A stretch of 64,000 bases of DNA from Schizochytrium sp. TIO01 (lineage: Eukaryota > Protista > Bigyra: Labyrinthulomycetes): contig SMSO01000025.1 of assembly GCA_004764695.1 (NCBI GenBank), positions 1,984,001-2,048,000 of the forward strand. Direction: 5' to 3'. Below, piece by piece: positions 1 to 11,409 of the stretch. The notes below the pieces were generated by a model. That model was not told the DNA's origin, made no database searches, and was given only the letters and a program-made list of their open reading frames with translations. Numbering within the stretch: position 1 is the first letter of the stretch; each line of letters opens with the position of its first letter. Made by a program: the position numbers and the translations under genes.

Positions 1-197
1 GGTTTAGGTTGGATGGTGTCGATGACTGGACGTCTTTGCAAAGAAAAGGCAACTAACTTGTTTAATTCTACTGCTCGTTTAATGCTTTGTGGTTTGCTTG
101 GCGATGTACGCGCTATTTGTAAACGAACTAACAATTGGTTTTGAATATATTTAGGGAGGGAGACCTTAACACCTGCTCTTTCTACACATTTAGCAAA

Positions 198-536
198 ATG
201 TCCACCCCTAACAAGAAGGAGGAGCCCCTCGAGATCGTTGCCACGATCAACTTGCGCAAGCGCACCCACCGCATCACCTTCAAGAAGAAGGCCCCCCGCG
301 CTGTCAGCGAGATCCGCAAGTTCGCCACCCAGACTATGGGCACCAAGCAGGTCATCATCTCCCCGGCTCTTAACCAGAAGGTTTGGGCCACCGGCATTCG
401 CAACGTGCCCAACCGCATCCGCGTTCGCATGTCCCGCCGCCGCAACGAGGACGAGGACGCCAAGGAGCAGATGTTCACGATGGTGGATGTCGTAGAGACC
501 ACCGGCTTCAGTGGCCTGCAAACGGAGAAAGTGTAA
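198..536 (+). CDS. RPL31: 60S ribosomal protein L31 (eL31)
   Basis: TINLRKRTH..FKKKAPRAVSEIRKFA..MGT....LNQKVWATGIRNVPNRIRVR is the eL31 signature; strong C/G-ending codon bias. Real ATG at 198 (track start 135 is a TTG). The TTTAG ending at 193 may be a 5'UTR intron acceptor. Confidence 0.97.
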   Translation: MSTPNKKEEPLEIVATINLRKRTHRITFKKKAPRAVSEIRKFATQTMGTKQVIISPALNQKVWATGIRNVPNRIRVRMSRRRNEDEDAKEQMFTMVDVVETTGFSGLQTEKV

Positions 537-1453
537 TTTCCGAAACTGTCAATGATGACGTATTACTTGCTTTTCTCTTTATTTGGTCTGCCTTGTATTG
601 CTTTTTGTCCTGCTTTACATTGGCTTTCGCGCATTCACACCGGTCAAGCATTCTTTGGTGGTTACTCGAAGCAATTTACAACATTACGTGCGCTAATGCA
701 AGAGGCAAAGTGGTTCATTCGTGGATCCCGATCCTTTTTGTCGCGCTCGTGTCGTCGTCGCTGGAACTAGTCTGCCTACCTACGTTATGCTCTACACTGC
801 TGTGTGTGCGTGTTAAAGCCATCTTGTCCTTGCCTGGTCAGATCCTTCCCCCCCTTGGAAGATCTGAACTTTCGTTTTCCTTGTCTCCCTGTTGATATCG
901 TTAAATGGCCGGTTTCTATGCTTGCTGCTCTTGGGTTCTCTGTTTGGATTTGAAGGTCTGTCGAAAGAGGCATGTATTCTTCATATTGGAACCAATAATG
1001 TATGCATAGCTTGGGTTAGTGACGGATCTCCGTCTCTTGTTGTGACCTCCTGTTAGATCTGGCTAAGGATCTTGGCCCTTGCTGTCTGTCCTCGACAACA
1101 CTTGAGCGTCTCTTGTCCATCTCCTTTTCCCATTCTCGACAGGTATTTCTTGGGTGTTGCTGTAGAACAATACTTTCAAAGTTCGTGAAATCTCGAAGGA
1201 AGTTTCTTTGAAGGGTGGAATGAAGAGCGGATTAAATTCTGGAATGCACAGTTGCATCTTGAAAAATTTTGACAGATTGCAACGTTAGAAACGAAATACA
1301 AACTTGACGAAGTCTGATTGTTAATGATTATATAGTGCACGTCCGTTTGAAGGTGCTGTTCTGAATTTTTGTGGAAGAGAAGCAGAATGTGAAAACTTGC
1401 TCCAAAAACATAAATTCATTAGTTCTTTTTATAAGGTATGTGTGTCAATGTGT

Positions 1454-3055
1454 TCACGGCGAGGACGCAGGCGGATATACGTCTGACCTCGAGCTGATCG
1501 AGGAAAGACCAGATGCAAATGACTCGGAGCGGTCTTTTGAAACATCATCTTTCGAAGTTGGAAAGCACTGCCGACGCGCAGAACTTGCATACAATCCCTG
1601 TTCTTGGCCCATTGTAGATCTGCCATGGCTGGCACTATCAAAGGCTGACGAGCAGGTCTTAGATGCGGTAGTTTTCTTGCGAGTGGAGACAGGTGCTCTG
1701 ACCTGAAGAGCAAGCACTTTATACGCGGCGGAGAAGGCACAGAATGCCTCATTAGCCGATGCGAGCTTGTTCTTATCAGGGTGAAACATGAGTGCTAGTT
1801 TCTTGAATCGACGCCGAATGTCATTATCGGTAGCCTTGCAACCAAGTCCCAGGCAAACCAGGGGCTCATGAGCAGAGACATCAGGAACGAGATCGTTATT
1901 TTCAAGCTTCAGTATGCTGTCATCCCAGCCGCATGAATAGAGCCATTTGCGACGACTTTCAGAGGAATTCGATTCCTCTTGTTGTCTAAGCTCATCCTTG
2001 CGGCGACGTTCTCGTTCGATTTCTTCTGCCATGCGCGCCTGGGCTTCCCGGAACAGACGGTCTTGCTCCTCTGCAGCATTGCGCTGCCATTCCTCCTCGA
2101 GTTTCGAGTTATAAGATTTAATGCTGGCCAACCAGCGTCGGTAGTTCTCTCGACTACGCGTTTTCTTTGCTTCTCCTTCATAAGAGTCATCGTCTGAATG
2201 AGAGTCATCATCCCCAATGTCATCATGCGGGTGCTGCGATTGTCCATCTTCAAAGCTTCCTTTCCGTCCGCACATTTGTGAAATACGCGGGGAACACAGA
2301 CTTGTAGTAGCCTCACTCCCCACAGATTTAGTTGGAGACAGAAGATTTGGACCTGTTGCGTTGTTACACCCGTGGCGAGGGGTAGTGTGGTTGTTGAAGT
2401 AACCCCCGACTTTGGCCTCGTTGTTGTCCAGTGAGCAATCTGCATGGTCTTCTTGAGGTGGTTGAAGACGGATTGCTTTGCGAGGCTTAGGCTTAGGCCG
2501 GGGTCGATGACGTTTATTCAGGCGCTTCTTCTTTTCGAGATCCTCCTTTTGTTGTTGTTGTTGCGCCTTGCTACGTTCCGCAGCGCGGATACGAGATCTG
2601 CGACTAGCTTCACGGCGTGCAGCTAGTTCCGCAGAGGTCAGCGCTGCAACGCTTGTTAGTCCATTTAAAGGCTGCTGTTCTTCGCATGGAGGTGGAGACC
2701 CGGACGAAGAAGTCGAGCTTGTGCTGACTTCCGCAGAAAGGCTTGGAGAGGATGGTGTACCATGGACCTCGTCATCAGGGCTCCCAGAGTCTCCATCTGT
2801 ATTCGACTCAGGGTCACTCTGATTGGATTCAGAGTAACTTGACCGGAACTCATGCACAGTGTTTCCAATATGATCTTTGAGTTTCTCGGTGCTTTGCATC
2901 AAATTTAGTTCCGGATGTCGTCCTTTACTAGAAGAAGGTTCATCTGAATCCGCAGTACTCATATCAGACATTGATGCTCCGCTCTGTTGTTGTTGTTGCT
3001 GCTGCTGCTGCTGCTGCGGCTGAAAGGATGCGTGAGGACTCATGCTGGTGGACAT
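1454..3055 (-). CDS. J-domain (DnaJ class C-like) protein with long disordered polyQ/Ser-rich N-terminus and coiled coil
   Basis: Near the C-terminus: LGLGCKATDNDIRRRFKKLALMFHPDKNKLASANEAFCAFSAAYKVL, a J domain with intact HPD. First ATG at 3055 (track start is GTG). Confidence 0.85.
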   Translation of the reverse strand: MSTSMSPHASFQPQQQQQQQQQQQSGASMSDMSTADSDEPSSSKGRHPELNLMQSTEKLKDHIGNTVHEFRSSYSESNQSDPESNTDGDSGSPDDEVHGTPSSPSLSAEVSTSSTSSSGSPPPCEEQQPLNGLTSVAALTSAELAARREASRRSRIRAAERSKAQQQQQKEDLEKKKRLNKRHRPRPKPKPRKAIRLQPPQEDHADCSLDNNEAKVGGYFNNHTTPRHGCNNATGPNLLSPTKSVGSEATTSLCSPRISQMCGRKGSFEDGQSQHPHDDIGDDDSHSDDDSYEGEAKKTRSRENYRRWLASIKSYNSKLEEEWQRNAAEEQDRLFREAQARMAEEIERERRRKDELRQQEESNSSESRRKWLYSCGWDDSILKLENNDLVPDVSAHEPLVCLGLGCKATDNDIRRRFKKLALMFHPDKNKLASANEAFCAFSAAYKVLALQVRAPVSTRKKTTASKTCSSAFDSASHGRSTMGQEQGLYASSARRQCFPTSKDDVSKDRSESFASGLSSISSRSDVYPPASSP

Positions 3056-4660
3056 CTGTGTTGAATGCACTTTTCGTCAAAAAGACTCAAAACTTTGTTT
3101 GAGATATTTAGAAAGCGCCTTTGATCGAGAGCTTTGGCGTGGCTCTTTGCTTACAAAGTGGAACGACACCAAAATATGTGGTGGTTCTTTCTTTTAATCC
3201 TATATTTGGCTCGAGTGGCTTGGCTTTTTGCTTACAGGTTAGCTGCTTGTATTGCTGCTTATGTTGATTTTTCCTAGATTTTCAGGTGGTTCTTTATATT
3301 GCTTTTTTTGTTTTTCTGGTTTTCTTCAGGTTGACGAGGCGTCGTCAAGCAATCTACAATACTATCCGGATATCTGGGTGCGTATTTATTGTTGTTGTCG
3401 TGGTAAGCTTTGTGGTCGTGTTGATAATATTGGCCTTGTTGTCCCGCTGATGATTGTGCTCATGTTGATAACGCTGGTGTTCTTGTTCATATACTTCATC
3501 TCGTGACCGGGGCGACCGCCCATCTTGACCAATACCTAGTGACTTCAAAACAAACCAATAACAAAGGGGGAGAAAGAAGCGTGTGCACTGAGGTCCTTGA
3601 CCAGAGTCTCACAGAATTTATTGACTACTCCACCCGGGGCTGACCCAACCAGGAATTAAGGGAAAGGGGAAGGCGTGTAAATATGATCCAGCCTATGGCT
3701 TGCTCGTTCTCCGTTCCTTCTCGCAATTTCAAAGGTTCAGGACCTTGGGCAAGAAGTTGTATAATCTCCCTTCTCAAGTAAAAGCCTCAGTAGTCACCCA
3801 CTCGCTCGTCCTGTGCACGGACCCGCAATTCCGTACTCTCAGCCTTGTCAGACCGCGCTTTGTGCAGTTAACTAGCCGCAAACTCTCGCTCCTTCAGAAA
3901 TCCACCTTCCCACGCAGACCAAAGTTATCCGGCCAACGATACCCAAGACGCCAAGCGCAGCTCCTCCGACTCGGCCTCGCTCCCGACCTGTGTTTGCTTT
4001 GCTAATTTGCTTTCCTCTTCTTTCTTACTTTTCTTTCTTTTCATCAGCAATTTCTTTCTTTTCTTTCTTTCTTTCTTTCTTTCTTCCTTCCTTCTTTTCT
4101 TCACTTGAAGTTCTCACCATCCAGAAAAGAAAAAGAATCGATCCTAGTGGTTCAACTATATCTACCCCTACCAGCCTCGTATCATAAAAGGAAGTATGCT
4201 CAGAGAGAGGACTCGAAGAAAAGCCAAAGAACTTGGAGAAAAGCAGAAAAGAAAAGCAAAAGAAAAGGAAAGAAATCGCTGCATCGAACGAACCAAGGCC
4301 ATCCATGCAAAGCAACTAAATGTCCAAGCAGGAGCTCGGGCAGGCACGCCCTCAAGCGCGAGCATAAAACCAAGAGACCAGGCGAGCTATATGTGAACCA
4401 AACCTCTCAATGCACCAGCGAGCACCCGTCGCCCCGGTCGAAATGGCCGCATTCTCAAACTCAACGAGCGACAACATTTCACAGGAATTGCTCATCGGTA
4501 CATTCACTCATTATTAATTCGCTCCATTATAAATTAACTTCTTCCTGCCTAACATAATAGAGAGACCAAGAACCAACTAACTTTTAATTATTACTAAGTT
4601 TACTATGATTCACTTTATTTATTTAGAGAATAAATTCATGATAGAACCAAACAAATAAAA

Positions 4661-4800
4661 CAATACAATACAAAGCAATACAATGCAATGCAATGCAATG
4701 TAGTGCAATACAATACAAAAAAAACTTTTCAAGTTTAAAACAAAACAAAATGAAATAAACTAAAATAAAATGAAATGAAATGAAATAGAATAGAATAAAG
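4661..4800. repeat. Imperfect pentanucleotide microsatellite tract (CAATA/CAATG/AAATG/AATAG)
   Basis: Visible runs caatacaatac, caatgcaatgcaatg, aaatgaaatg, aatagaatag. Confidence 0.75.
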
Positions 4801-5351
4801 TAATGATAATAGATGAAAGGAGAAAAGGAGATGAATGATCAGATCTCTTGGCTGAGAATAAGCAGCAGCCGAGTTCTCGCGACCTTGGCGGGCATGAGTT
4901 GGAGGCGGAGAAGGCCGCGCAGGCAGCAAAGCTCCAGGCCTCCTTGCGGTCGGCAGAGCGCAGAGCGCGAAGGCTTGCGCAGTGGATGACCGACTCTGAG
5001 TGGCTGACACGCTCAGTCATTGATCGATCGATCGATCGACTGTCTGAAGTCTCACGTTTTGGACTTTTTATTGGTTTACTGCAACATTTGTTTGTTTGTT
5101 TCTTTTTATTTGTTTGTTTGTTTATTCATGCTCTCACTTACACTTTTTAAAAGATCTCACTACTAGCGGTAACCCTACAGATACCTCTAGGCAGACTACT
5201 TCAGCTTATTATTATTTTCAGCTTTGCTCCTCGTAGCAGTGCCTAACAGGCGGGTAGCAGTAGCTAGACAGCGGAGAAGAAGGAAAGAATGAAATGAAGA
5301 GTATTAAGAGGTTATTGAGCAATGGAATCGATTTCTTTGTTTGCCAACCAA

Positions 5352-5423
5352 AAACAAACAAACAAACAAACAAACAAACAAACAAACAAACAAACAAACA
5401 AACAAACAAACAAACAAACAAAC
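5352..5423. repeat. (AAAC)18 microsatellite
   Basis: Perfect tetranucleotide tandem run. Confidence 0.97.
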
Positions 5424-6617
5424 TGACCCAAAGAAAGTTAGTTATACATTCCTTCACTTTTCTTATTCATCCATTCGTTCATGCGCTGCCCAATTCGATG
5501 GTTCATTGTTGACTCACTCACGCATTGGGAGTGGCATTCGCTCTGCGCGTGACCTTTGCTCCTGCTCATGATTGACATCGCGCACCACCGCTGCGAAGGT
5601 CTTCGTGAATCATCAGCACCGGCAATAGAAATAAATTGCCTGCCTGCCAACAAAGTAGGGAAGGAGTGTACTGTCATTGATCTCAACATCGGCAATCGTT
5701 GGCACCATCTCTGCTCATAATATGGCAGTCACTCACTTCCCTTCAAGTTCTCTGCGAAGTTCTCTGCGCAGGAATGAAGCAAACGATGGCATTCCTATGG
5801 AATTGCAGTTGCAAGGCCACCGTGGTCGTCAACTTCAAGATCTTGGTGGTTTTACAAGCCCGAGCTCTTACCAGCTACCGCACGAAGCTATTCGCAGCTC
5901 GCTTTGCTTATTCACTTTGATTGCTTGGAGGCTTGCTTTCTGAAGAGCAGAGCTTGGAGAAGAAGAGCTCAGGCGCTGGGCAACAAACGGGTGATCAGTT
6001 TCTTTCCCCTTGGCGATATTGCCACGTACATCGATCGATACACAAGTAACGCGATCGACGTTTGTTTCTATCTCTAGAGTTCCTTGCCTTTCAAGCTTGG
6101 ACAATGGCTTGTCCACTCACAGATTGATTCTTGGTTGCTCCAGTGACTGATGGTTTGTTCGTTTGCAGTGTCTGCTAGGCGCTCTTATTGCTGTGTTGTT
6201 GTTGCTGCTGCTGCTGCTGCTGTGTTAGGTAGAGAACTCGTAGCGGAGGTTTCTGCGGTCTCCAGTGAGTGGCACAATCTTCTTCGTCAGCATCCATAAT
6301 GTGAAGATCTATGTATGTTTGCCAAAGCAAGTAAGTTGCCACGTATGTTCCATTGCTGTGTTGTTTCTCGTGAGCATGCAGCCGCATCCATAAGGCACGC
6401 ATTGCTTTCATTAAGTATGATCTACTCTTGACATGGCCTGGACCATTGATTGCAGCTAGCTAGCTAGCTCAAGTCGCCCTGGAAACGGACTCGGACTCAA
6501 CTCAAGCACGAGGATCAATTGGCAATCAATCAATCAATCAATCACATTGAGGCCAGGAACCGCGAGTCCTGGTACCTAATAGGGCGTGAGGAAAGGGGAA
6601 AGAAACTTTGAGACAGA

Positions 6618-6755
6618 CAAACAAACAAACAAACAAACAAACAAACAAACAAACAAACAAACAAACAAACAAACAAACAAACAAACAAACAAACAAACAA
6701 ACAAACAAACAAACAAACAAACAAACAAACAAACAAACAAACAAACAAACAAACA
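6618..6755. repeat. (CAAA)~34 microsatellite
   Basis: Perfect tetranucleotide tandem run. Confidence 0.97.
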
Positions 6756-7339
6756 ATTGAAACAACTCAGAGTGATGCCAATAATGTGGAACGAAGAAAG
6801 GAAGGCCCCGGTAAACAGTATGCACCCTTAAGAGGGGCCTCGACCTTCTTCCTGGGCCTATCGACCTTCTTCCTGAGAAAACCAACAAAAACTTTTCTGC
6901 GCTCCATGTGTTTCTTCCTTTTCATCAGAAAGATGAACAAGAAAAAAGTGTCCGGTGTTGTAATTTTGACAACGTTATTACTTTAATACGTTTACTTTAT
7001 TTATATAATTAAAGTAATGTATTTACCATAATTACGCACCGCGGTGTGCCAAATATATTAAGTTAGCCTTTAAAGAACTTTGCTCGCAGTTCTCTTCTTA
7101 TTAATAATGCTATGTATCTTCTAAAAGGACTCTCACACCTTTCTTTTTCTTTTTCTTTCTCTCCATTTTTTATTTCAAAATATAAATATAAATCATATAA
7201 AATAGTTATTATACTGTTAAAATGAAGAACATTTTAACAATATAGACACATATTTTTAATTATAAGTATAGGATAACTAATTTATCCTTTTCTACTGACG
7301 ATTTTCATCCTAGTAATACGTGGTTTTTTCACTTTAAAG

Positions 7340-10320
7340 TAATGATGATGAGAAAGAATCGCTGCAAATCAACCCCTGGACTTGCCTTTTGCCCAAAAGC
7401 TATGTTATACCCACCCAAGCCGTCAAAGAAAGCAAGCCTTCCAACAACTTATCTACTAGGCCCCCTTCCATTATCGTCATCATAGGGTTTCCATCAGAAT
7501 GGTATTTGGCAATCGACTTATCAACTAAAATGAATGGTTTTTCTAAAGTCTTGCTGACCAACTTGAAGACTGACAGCCTAGCCCATCAATGATTCATGCC
7601 CCATGATCTATGATTCATGATTCGCATAGCTTCCCTGCTTTAATACCGAATGTGTGAACTGGTGTTTATTTCATCTGCATTGTTTGCACAATTCCTGGAC
7701 ATTCCTTCCTACCAAGGTACCTAAGCAGTACTAGAGAAATGGGTGGCCGTGAGGAAGCCAAGCCATCATTACTTATCATCAAGACTCGGAGGATCGCAGA
7801 TGATGCTTCGGAAGCCGCGATGACCTTGCAAGATTGGTGACGTCTACGTACTGGCACGCTCGCGCTGTCTTGGGGGGTACTGAAATGGCTTCCCGCAGAA
7901 ATCGACAAGCTTCGAGCAAAGTTTTTTAGGAGGGAAGATTCTGCTTATTGGAGGAAAGATGCAGCGGAAGAAGCCTCATGTGCTAGTAAGTTCATTGCAC
8001 AGAAATGTTTGCAGGAAGCGACGCCATGAGAAAAACCTGACGATTGCTTTGAGATTGAACTTTCATTCAAAGCAGCATGGGGTACCACTACTACCTATTT
8101 CTGGTGGTGTCTGCGCCTTAACTTGATTAATAGTGTTTGTCACCTAGCTGTTCAAGCACCACAATCATATATTGCCGGGAAAGGAAAGTAGTAGTAACTG
8201 TTTGGCCATTCTTTGCGAATTCTTAAAACGAACAAAGTGGTCAAATATAGCCTTCGTGAAATGAGTGTGAGGACTGGGCCAAATCATGTGTGAAGTTTCA
8301 GACTTTCACAATACTGAAAGACAGCAGCACTGATTTTTGGCTTTGCTTTTTTTCTAATGTCATGTGTAAGGGTGCAATCGAGGGACGTTAGAATGCCACT
8401 TATACATGCAAGCCTTAAACAGTCGCTGTACACTAGAAGCCTTTCTTGACTACTTCAAGGCGTGTCTTTCGAATAGTAAGCAGCTGTCTTTATCATGGTA
8501 GCACCACATAGGCTGACGTACAACTAAGGTACTTTGTTGGTGTTCAGTTGATCTGATCTACGCCATACATGTAGGAATAGGGTATACTACTTGCTCAAGG
8601 TGATATGTACAACAAGGATATTTTGGGAATCATAGAAAGCTTAGCACTAAGTTTGTCAATGATAACTTGTGGGCTCTATTGGCCTCATCTACTCTTTTAA
8701 AAGATTTGGGGTCGGTCTTCAATTAAATTTTCGAGCTTGGAATCTTTTCCTTGCTCCTTGTCTTTATCAATTTGTTCCTTTATTCGTTTCATGTAAATCT
8801 TGCAAATGTTTGTGCCTGATAAAACTAGAGTTATACATCGCTAACTAGATTGCGTAGAATGAGATTACTTGAGGAGTTTGGTCTTTACTAATGATCGAGA
8901 GTTGACAAGAATCACCTCGACAAACTGCCCCTGCCTAAAATGTGCATGAACGCGTAGAACGTAGGTCGAACATGAGAGAGCGCTCACAATCACTTTTGCG
9001 TTAATCTTGAGAAAGCAGCTCTTTCTTGACTTTTTTAATAGTCCTGGAGCTAGAAGCTACTATGAGTATACCTCTGTTCTATGTGACTAGAGCACGGTCA
9101 TGGGGTCTTTTATATTGCTAGGCTTAGCCTCCATTCGCATTTACTTCTTTTAACCTGTGAAAGAATTAAATGCTATTGTTGGTATTGTGCAGGACAATTG
9201 GCTCCTTAATCTTCGTGTGAAGCAAACACAGACGGAGACGATTCAAATGTGGGATCGTGCTTTAGAATGTCCGATTCGAACACAAGAATAAAGAGTCCTC
9301 GACAGTGTTTATGCTGATGAAGCTATGCTACAGAAGCAGCTTAATTTATGAAACGTTGATGTGTTGTATCAAAAGTTCTCAACTCAAAGTATGTCTCGAA
9401 GGTTATCGCGCTCTCGTATAGTTCAAAGGATGCAGAAGCATCATCAAATCTATCTAGGCAAGGCGAGTAACTAACTGTGTACTTCATGCTGACAAAATCA
9501 TGAATTGCTTTTGCTCGAGAGTGAATAGGTGCAATATTTCTCATGGAAGAAACTATGTTTTCCTTGTTTCCTTGATTGAGAATGTGCAGTGTGTTTGTAT
9601 CTGCGTATCATAATCGTTGAGGCTAGCGTTTTGTGAGAATTGCAATCGACAAATTGGAGAATTATGTGAACGCTGGAGAAGACAGAGTCTTTGTAAAGCC
9701 TTATGAAGCCTCAGGTGCCAAAAATATACCAACGCGTTTCGATAGTGCGATGTATTTAAATTAATTCAAGGCCATGCTGAAAGATGATTCTGGTCAGCTT
9801 GAGGTCGACTGTAAAGATGAAGGCAAGGGTCTTGATGAAGGCTTTAAGAAGTTGATTTAAGTTTGGCCAACTGCTGTCCTTGGGAATGAATTCCAGGACA
9901 GGTGGATTCATGTAGTAATTAAGGAGGTTAAGACACTCTTGAAAGGTGTTAGAGATAATCGATGGGGTTAGGTTGATTCAACCTCTTCAACCATCGATTC
10001 AAGTTACACCATAATTGGATGTAGGTATTGTGTAGTTATACTTCAAGCTCTTGACTCTGGCAGCCACATGAATCTGGCTGCCTACTCTTGCTCTATTGTA
10101 ATCCTTATGTCAGTGAGGATTTCATAAAGGGACGCCAAGAACTCTAGCAATTTCTTGTGCACTAGTTCCTTCGAGTTGAGATCTCAGCAGGCCACTAGAG
10201 CTGAAAACATGTAAATAGTATTCCCGAACAAGCAAGTACTGAATGAGCTATCCGAATGGAGAACTGACAGGCAACAATCACCATTGAACTTTGCCATATT
10301 TCTTGGGATTTAAAAATGAT
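7340..10320 (-). pseudogene. Decayed LRR-transmembrane-protein kinase (receptor-kinase-like) gene, copy A
   Basis: Manual minus-strand translation across stops/frameshifts. LRR fragments: IISNTFQECLNLLNYYMN (~9958-9906), TIPTIAFNSFTG*KK* (~9188-9141), AAFSRLTQ (~9020), SLPANI...LHLSSNKQNLPS (~8021-7930). Then a hydrophobic stretch VIAASEASSAILRVL..ISLVLLRYLGRK (~7820-7705). Then kinase-like VLKQGSYA (~7646-7623), PMMTIMEGGLVDKLL (~7487-7443) and GIT*LLGKRQVQG-DL (~7412-7365). Boundaries approximate. Confidence 0.55.
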
Positions 10321-10899
10321 TTCCTATGATTTTATATAATTTAATAATAGATGACATTGTGCAGACAATTTACAAAGCATGAATTAGCATACGCGCGAGG
10401 TGTGACTTTCTTTTGTCTTTTTAAAAGTGTAAATTGAAAGTTTACATGACGACATGAGATATTACGAGCGTCAACGCATCAACAAAGGTAAAAGCCTGGT
10501 TTTATTCTCATTCATAAACGCGAATGATTTGAACAGAACATTAAAAGAGGCAATTTACTTTTAATTTGAAAAACCAGAGCTTGAATGTGAGTGTGATCAG
10601 CTAAGACGAAATTAGATTATTGATTACAAGTGATAGTCCTTCAAAGTTTAAATGTTCATGCTGAGAATCGATTGCTTCTTCAACTTCAAAACTAGATTTA
10701 GAGGTAGAAATATTTTGAAATACACGAGATATATGTAAGATTAGTCCGTGGGTCTTTACAATATTGTTCCCCTCTTCTGTTCATACTTCTATAGCCTAGT
10801 TTCATTATTCGGTCTGATAGCAAGAGCAAGTAGCAGAGTAGTTACGTCTCTTGATGCTGAGATTTCCAGTCAAAGCAAACAGTGAATACAATATTTATC

Positions 10900-11280
10900 G
10901 AGTTTGCTTTTGGCAGTTCAATGTAAACCCTCAAGGATTTAGGACTTGCATAGAAATAGAGGTAGACAACTAGATACGTGGTTAAGAACGCAAGATAGAC
11001 AAGAGCGCGAAACCTGACAGTGCGCATCCACGTTTACTAAAATCAAGTATGGCACAATCTGAATTAATGTTGAAGAGACAAAATGTTCTAAAATCTCTAA
11101 CTGTGTTTAGTACAGATCAAGTCTGACTTAGTCTCCTAACTACAGCATGAATTGGCATGCCTTGGAGTTGAGTCTCAAGGACAGCAGGTTGTTATCTCTC
11201 AAAGTAAAAGTTATCAAGCATTCATCTTCATAGTTACCCTGTAGCTGACCACATCCATCTTTCAGCTTTTGATAGGTTGT
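10900..11280 (+). pseudogene. Decayed LRR gene fragment, copy B (paralog of A and C, opposite orientation)
   Basis: Reverse complement of ~11130-11267 (gctgaaagatggatgtggtcagct...ctgctgtccttgagactcaactccaagg..attcatg) aligns with 9777-9912 (gctgaaagatgattctggtcagct...ctgctgtccttgggaatgaattccagg..attcatg). Reads LKDLGLA*, LELSLKDSRLLSL on the + strand. Confidence 0.55.
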
Positions 11281-11409
11281 CAGTTGCAGGAAGGTTGACT
11301 TTGCCATATAAAAAGGAAAGAAACGATAACTCTAGTTCAGCTCCAGTTCTTGAATCGGTCAGAATTGTAAGGAAACTGTAGTACAGCAAATCGAAAAAAC
11401 CTTTAAACC

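Noticed and set aside
4105-5150. Short basic or Ala-rich ORFs upstream of the J-protein gene
   Set aside because: Low-complexity purine-rich UTR/promoter-like sequence with no homology cues.
5500-6120. Coding-like composition with stops on the minus strand
   Set aside because: Possibly a relic, but no family could be assigned.
5218-6888. ORFs with FVCL/TNKQ repeats
   Set aside because: Translations of (AAAC)n microsatellites.
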